DNA of 63,405 nucleotides, counting the filler, from Octopus bimaculoides (lineage: Eukaryota), in assembly GCF_001194135.2 (NCBI RefSeq). It is 8 parts of 8 records of this genome, joined end to end, with 100 filler letters (N's around TTAATTAATTAA, not from the genome) between each part and the next. Parts side by side here need not be neighbours in the genome. Positions count along the whole stretch, not along the records: positions 55,013 to 60,719 come from NC_069008.1; positions 60,820 to 62,173 come from NC_069002.1; positions 62,274 to 63,405 come from NW_026379989.1; 5 more parts are not named here. One strand, given 5' to 3'. The notes under the pieces are model-generated. The model was not told the origin of the DNA and made no database searches. It saw only the letters and a list, made by a program, of their open reading frames with translations. Every line of letters begins with the position of its first letter. Position 1 is the stretch's first letter. Below are positions 60,406 through 63,405 of this stretch, piece after piece. Position numbers and translations under genes: made by a program.

Positions 60406-60473
60406 CTGGCCAAGATCTCATCACAGTTAGAAGGGCCATCTTGCTTGCCTTGAATCGAGTTTCCTGTTCATCT
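60406..60473 (-). CDS. RICTOR: RICTOR exon (68 nt, phase 2-1)
   Basis: ctcaaag|A GAT...CCA G|gtgagt. Encodes DEQETRFKASKMALLTVMRSWP(G) versus human EDREARFLASKMGIIATFRSWAG (recalled). Confidence 0.92.
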
Positions 60474-60585
60474 CTTTGAGAAACAAGAAGAACTTCCATT
60501 AACACAACCACTATATATATATATATATATATATAGTCACACATATGTATATTATACATATAAAAACATACATATATGTATATTA

Positions 60586-60697
60586 CAGGGTGTCCACAAA
60601 GTCTGGGTACATGGAGTAACTATTAACATTATAATCAAATGAAATTGTTTTAAAGGTATGTGTTAATCCCATGTACCCAGACTTTGTGGACACCCTG
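60586..60697. mobile_element. 112-bp Tc1/mariner-type MITE with perfect 29-bp TIRs
   Basis: cagggtgtccacaaagtctgggtacatgg (60586-60614) / ccatgtacccagactttgtggacaccctg (60669-60697). TA at the left flank, TG at the right. Confidence 0.9.
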
Positions 60698-61229
60698 TGT
60701 GTGTGTGTATATATATATANNNNNNNNNNNNNNNNNNNNNNNNNNNNNNNNNNNNNNNNNNNNTTAATTAATTAANNNNNNNNNNNNNNNNNNNNNNNNN
60801 NNNNNNNNNNNNNNNNNNNATATATATATATATATATATATATATACTCTATGCATATATATGTTTGCATGTATATATATATGCTCAAAAAGAAAAGAAT
60901 ACATCGATAGATAGATAGGTAGATAGATAGATAGATAGATAAAATGCTTCACATATGTGTATATATATTATATATGCGTGTGTAGATAGATAGATATTCG
61001 ATAAGATTTCTTTTAACGATGTGATTTTTACAAAATATGTGTGTGTGTGTGTGTGTGTGTGTAGGTGTTTGAGTGTGTATATATATATCATATGTATGTG
61101 TATAGATATATACATACATGTATATATATATATACGTACATATAATTATGATAATAATATTAGGGATCAAAATCCAAATATACAAGTAAAAATTCAATTT
61201 AAATAATTTAAATAATTTAAATATACATG

Positions 61230-61289
<60 letters not shown>

Positions 61290-61295
61290 CATATT

Positions 61296-61329
<34 letters not shown>

Positions 61330-61573
61330 TGATAAAATATGTATATACGGCTGTATGGTAAAATATATCTATATTCATATTCCCTTATTAATAAATATAT
61401 AATAATATTTTGTAGACATGATTATATCTTGTCATATTGTTCATTGTCCTTTTTACTAAACACGCCAGAAATATAGTAAATATATATGCATTCCACAAAC
61501 ATTTAAAAAAGAGTTCGTAAAACCATGCATTACGTTTTTGTATCATAATAATTTTAGCGTGTGCGTGTGTGTA

Positions 61574-61607
<34 letters not shown>

Positions 61608-62273
61608 TCGCCCTGCCGGAGCCTCGTGGAGCTTTAGGGGTTTTCGCTCAATAAACATTACATTCACAACGCACGGTCTGGGAATCGAAACCTCGATCCT
61701 ACGACCGCGAGTCCGCTGCCCTAACCACTGGCCCATTGCGCCTTTCGAAATATATGCATGCATACGTACCTAAATGCATACCTAGGTATATGAAACAATA
61801 CATGTATACATATATATTTTGAAATATGGAAATAAATATAAATAAATAATAAATAAATATAAATAAATAATATATATCGTATGTTGGTATGTATACACGC
61901 ATTTATATGTGTCTGTGTGTTTATGTATTCATTTGCATACACTCGTAATCATTTGCCTGTGGACCTTGTGTACCTGTAATTAAGACATTTATATACATGT
62001 AGCAATTTTTGTCGGAGAAGGAATGCAATACGAAGAACGCAACATGAATTTATATATGGCTATATACACATATACATGTATATATATGTAAGTATATATA
62101 TATATATATACACACACATTGGTTTATATACATAAAATATATACATATATAAATATATATATATATATATATANNNNNNNNNNNNNNNNNNNNNNNNNNN
62201 NNNNNNNNNNNNNNNNNTTAATTAATTAANNNNNNNNNNNNNNNNNNNNNNNNNNNNNNNNNNNNNNNNNNNN

Positions 62274-62313
<40 letters not shown>

Positions 62314-62473
62314 TATAATGGTAGTGACAATAACGAAAAGTAACGAATGTGCGATAAGAAAATGTTTCGATAATTTGTTAGATCTAAGAGATTGATAAGT
62401 GGTTGTATTTATCTAGCTGTCGTGGGCAGCGCGAAGTTTATTTATATACGTGTGTATATACATACACACGTAA

Positions 62474-62581
<108 letters not shown>

Positions 62582-63320
62582 TGGGTGTTAGTGTTGTGGT
62601 TGTATGTGTGTGTGTTGGTAAATATGTACATGCATGTTTATTTATGTTTCTCTCTAACACATACATACATACGTACATATAAATTCAAACACACACAAGT
62701 ATTAGGACATACGTGTTTCTGTAGCTACGTATATATACATATATATGCACACACAACACATACACACACACACACATATATATATATATATGGGTATATG
62801 TATACATAGGTATATAATTACATAAAGATACACAAACAAATCTCACGCACAGACACGAACAAAATACACACATAACTATCTACACACACTGACAGGTATA
62901 TATACACACACACACACAGATCTATCTATCTAAAAGAAATGTATCTACCTATCCATCTATCTATCTTCATATTTATCTATCTATCTCTCCATCTATCTAT
63001 CTATCTGTATGTTTGTGCTTGTGTGTATATTGATATACGTGTGTATATGTATGTACATACGAACGTATGTATGTTTGTAGATATATTAGGATATTTACAT
63101 AACATATTCTTCTATATTTATTGCCACAGAAAGTGATAACACCCTTTTTCCCTTAGTAATTGTCAAGAAGTTTTCTTAACGTTTAAGATTTTATCTTCTA
63201 ACATACCTTTAATCGCCATAACACACACAAGTGCGCGCAAATATGTGCAGTTGTAGGTGTTAGGTATGTCTTTAGCCCTCGGACTCATAAGGCCTGAAAG
63301 TTAACCGACTTTTCATAGAG

Positions 63321-63405
63321 GTTGTTGTTGGCACTCCGTCGCTTAGGATGTCGAGGGGTTCCGGTTGATCCGATCAACGGAACAGCCTGCTCGTGAAATT
63401 AACGT
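63321..63405 (-). mobile_element. 3' end of a family B SINE with (CAA)n tail
   Basis: The reverse complement starts acgttaatttcacgagcag, identical to 17298-17316, and ends ggagtgccaacaacaac. Confidence 0.85.

Overview
AT-rich, microsatellite-saturated eukaryotic DNA with many gaps. The SINE families and repeat landscape suggest an octopus genome (inference). Seven 100-bp N-TTAATTAATTAA-N linkers split the window into eight pieces whose order and spacing are not supported by the sequence itself. Two real genes are visible, both on the minus strand. (1) RICTOR (mTORC2 scaffold): five small exons of 68, 83, 88, 91 and 81 nt between 55920 and 60473. A frame-required exon is probably hidden in the 56188-56607 gap. 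(2) A 516-nt exon (3950-4465) encoding a ZC3H7-type CCCH zinc-finger module, probably ending at a GC donor. The rest is decayed mobile DNA: CR1/Jockey-group and RTE LINEs, Penelope-like elements, Tc1, rosa, maT and mariner transposons, a Chapaev3 remnant, several MITEs and at least four tRNA-derived SINE families. The most interesting object is a tRNA-headed, (AAT)n-linked SINE-like element whose tail holds a minimal hammerhead-ribozyme core. It forms a ~750-bp snap-back palindrome inside a RICTOR intron, and the RICTOR-sense copy has a core-inactivating substitution. Also notable: a 108-bp higher-order minisatellite, a 189-bp SINE-head tandem array, a local inverted duplication, and nested or fused transposons. 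Nearly all long ORFs in the supplied track are microsatellite or N artefacts. All family assignments come from motif recognition by eye; no searches were run.
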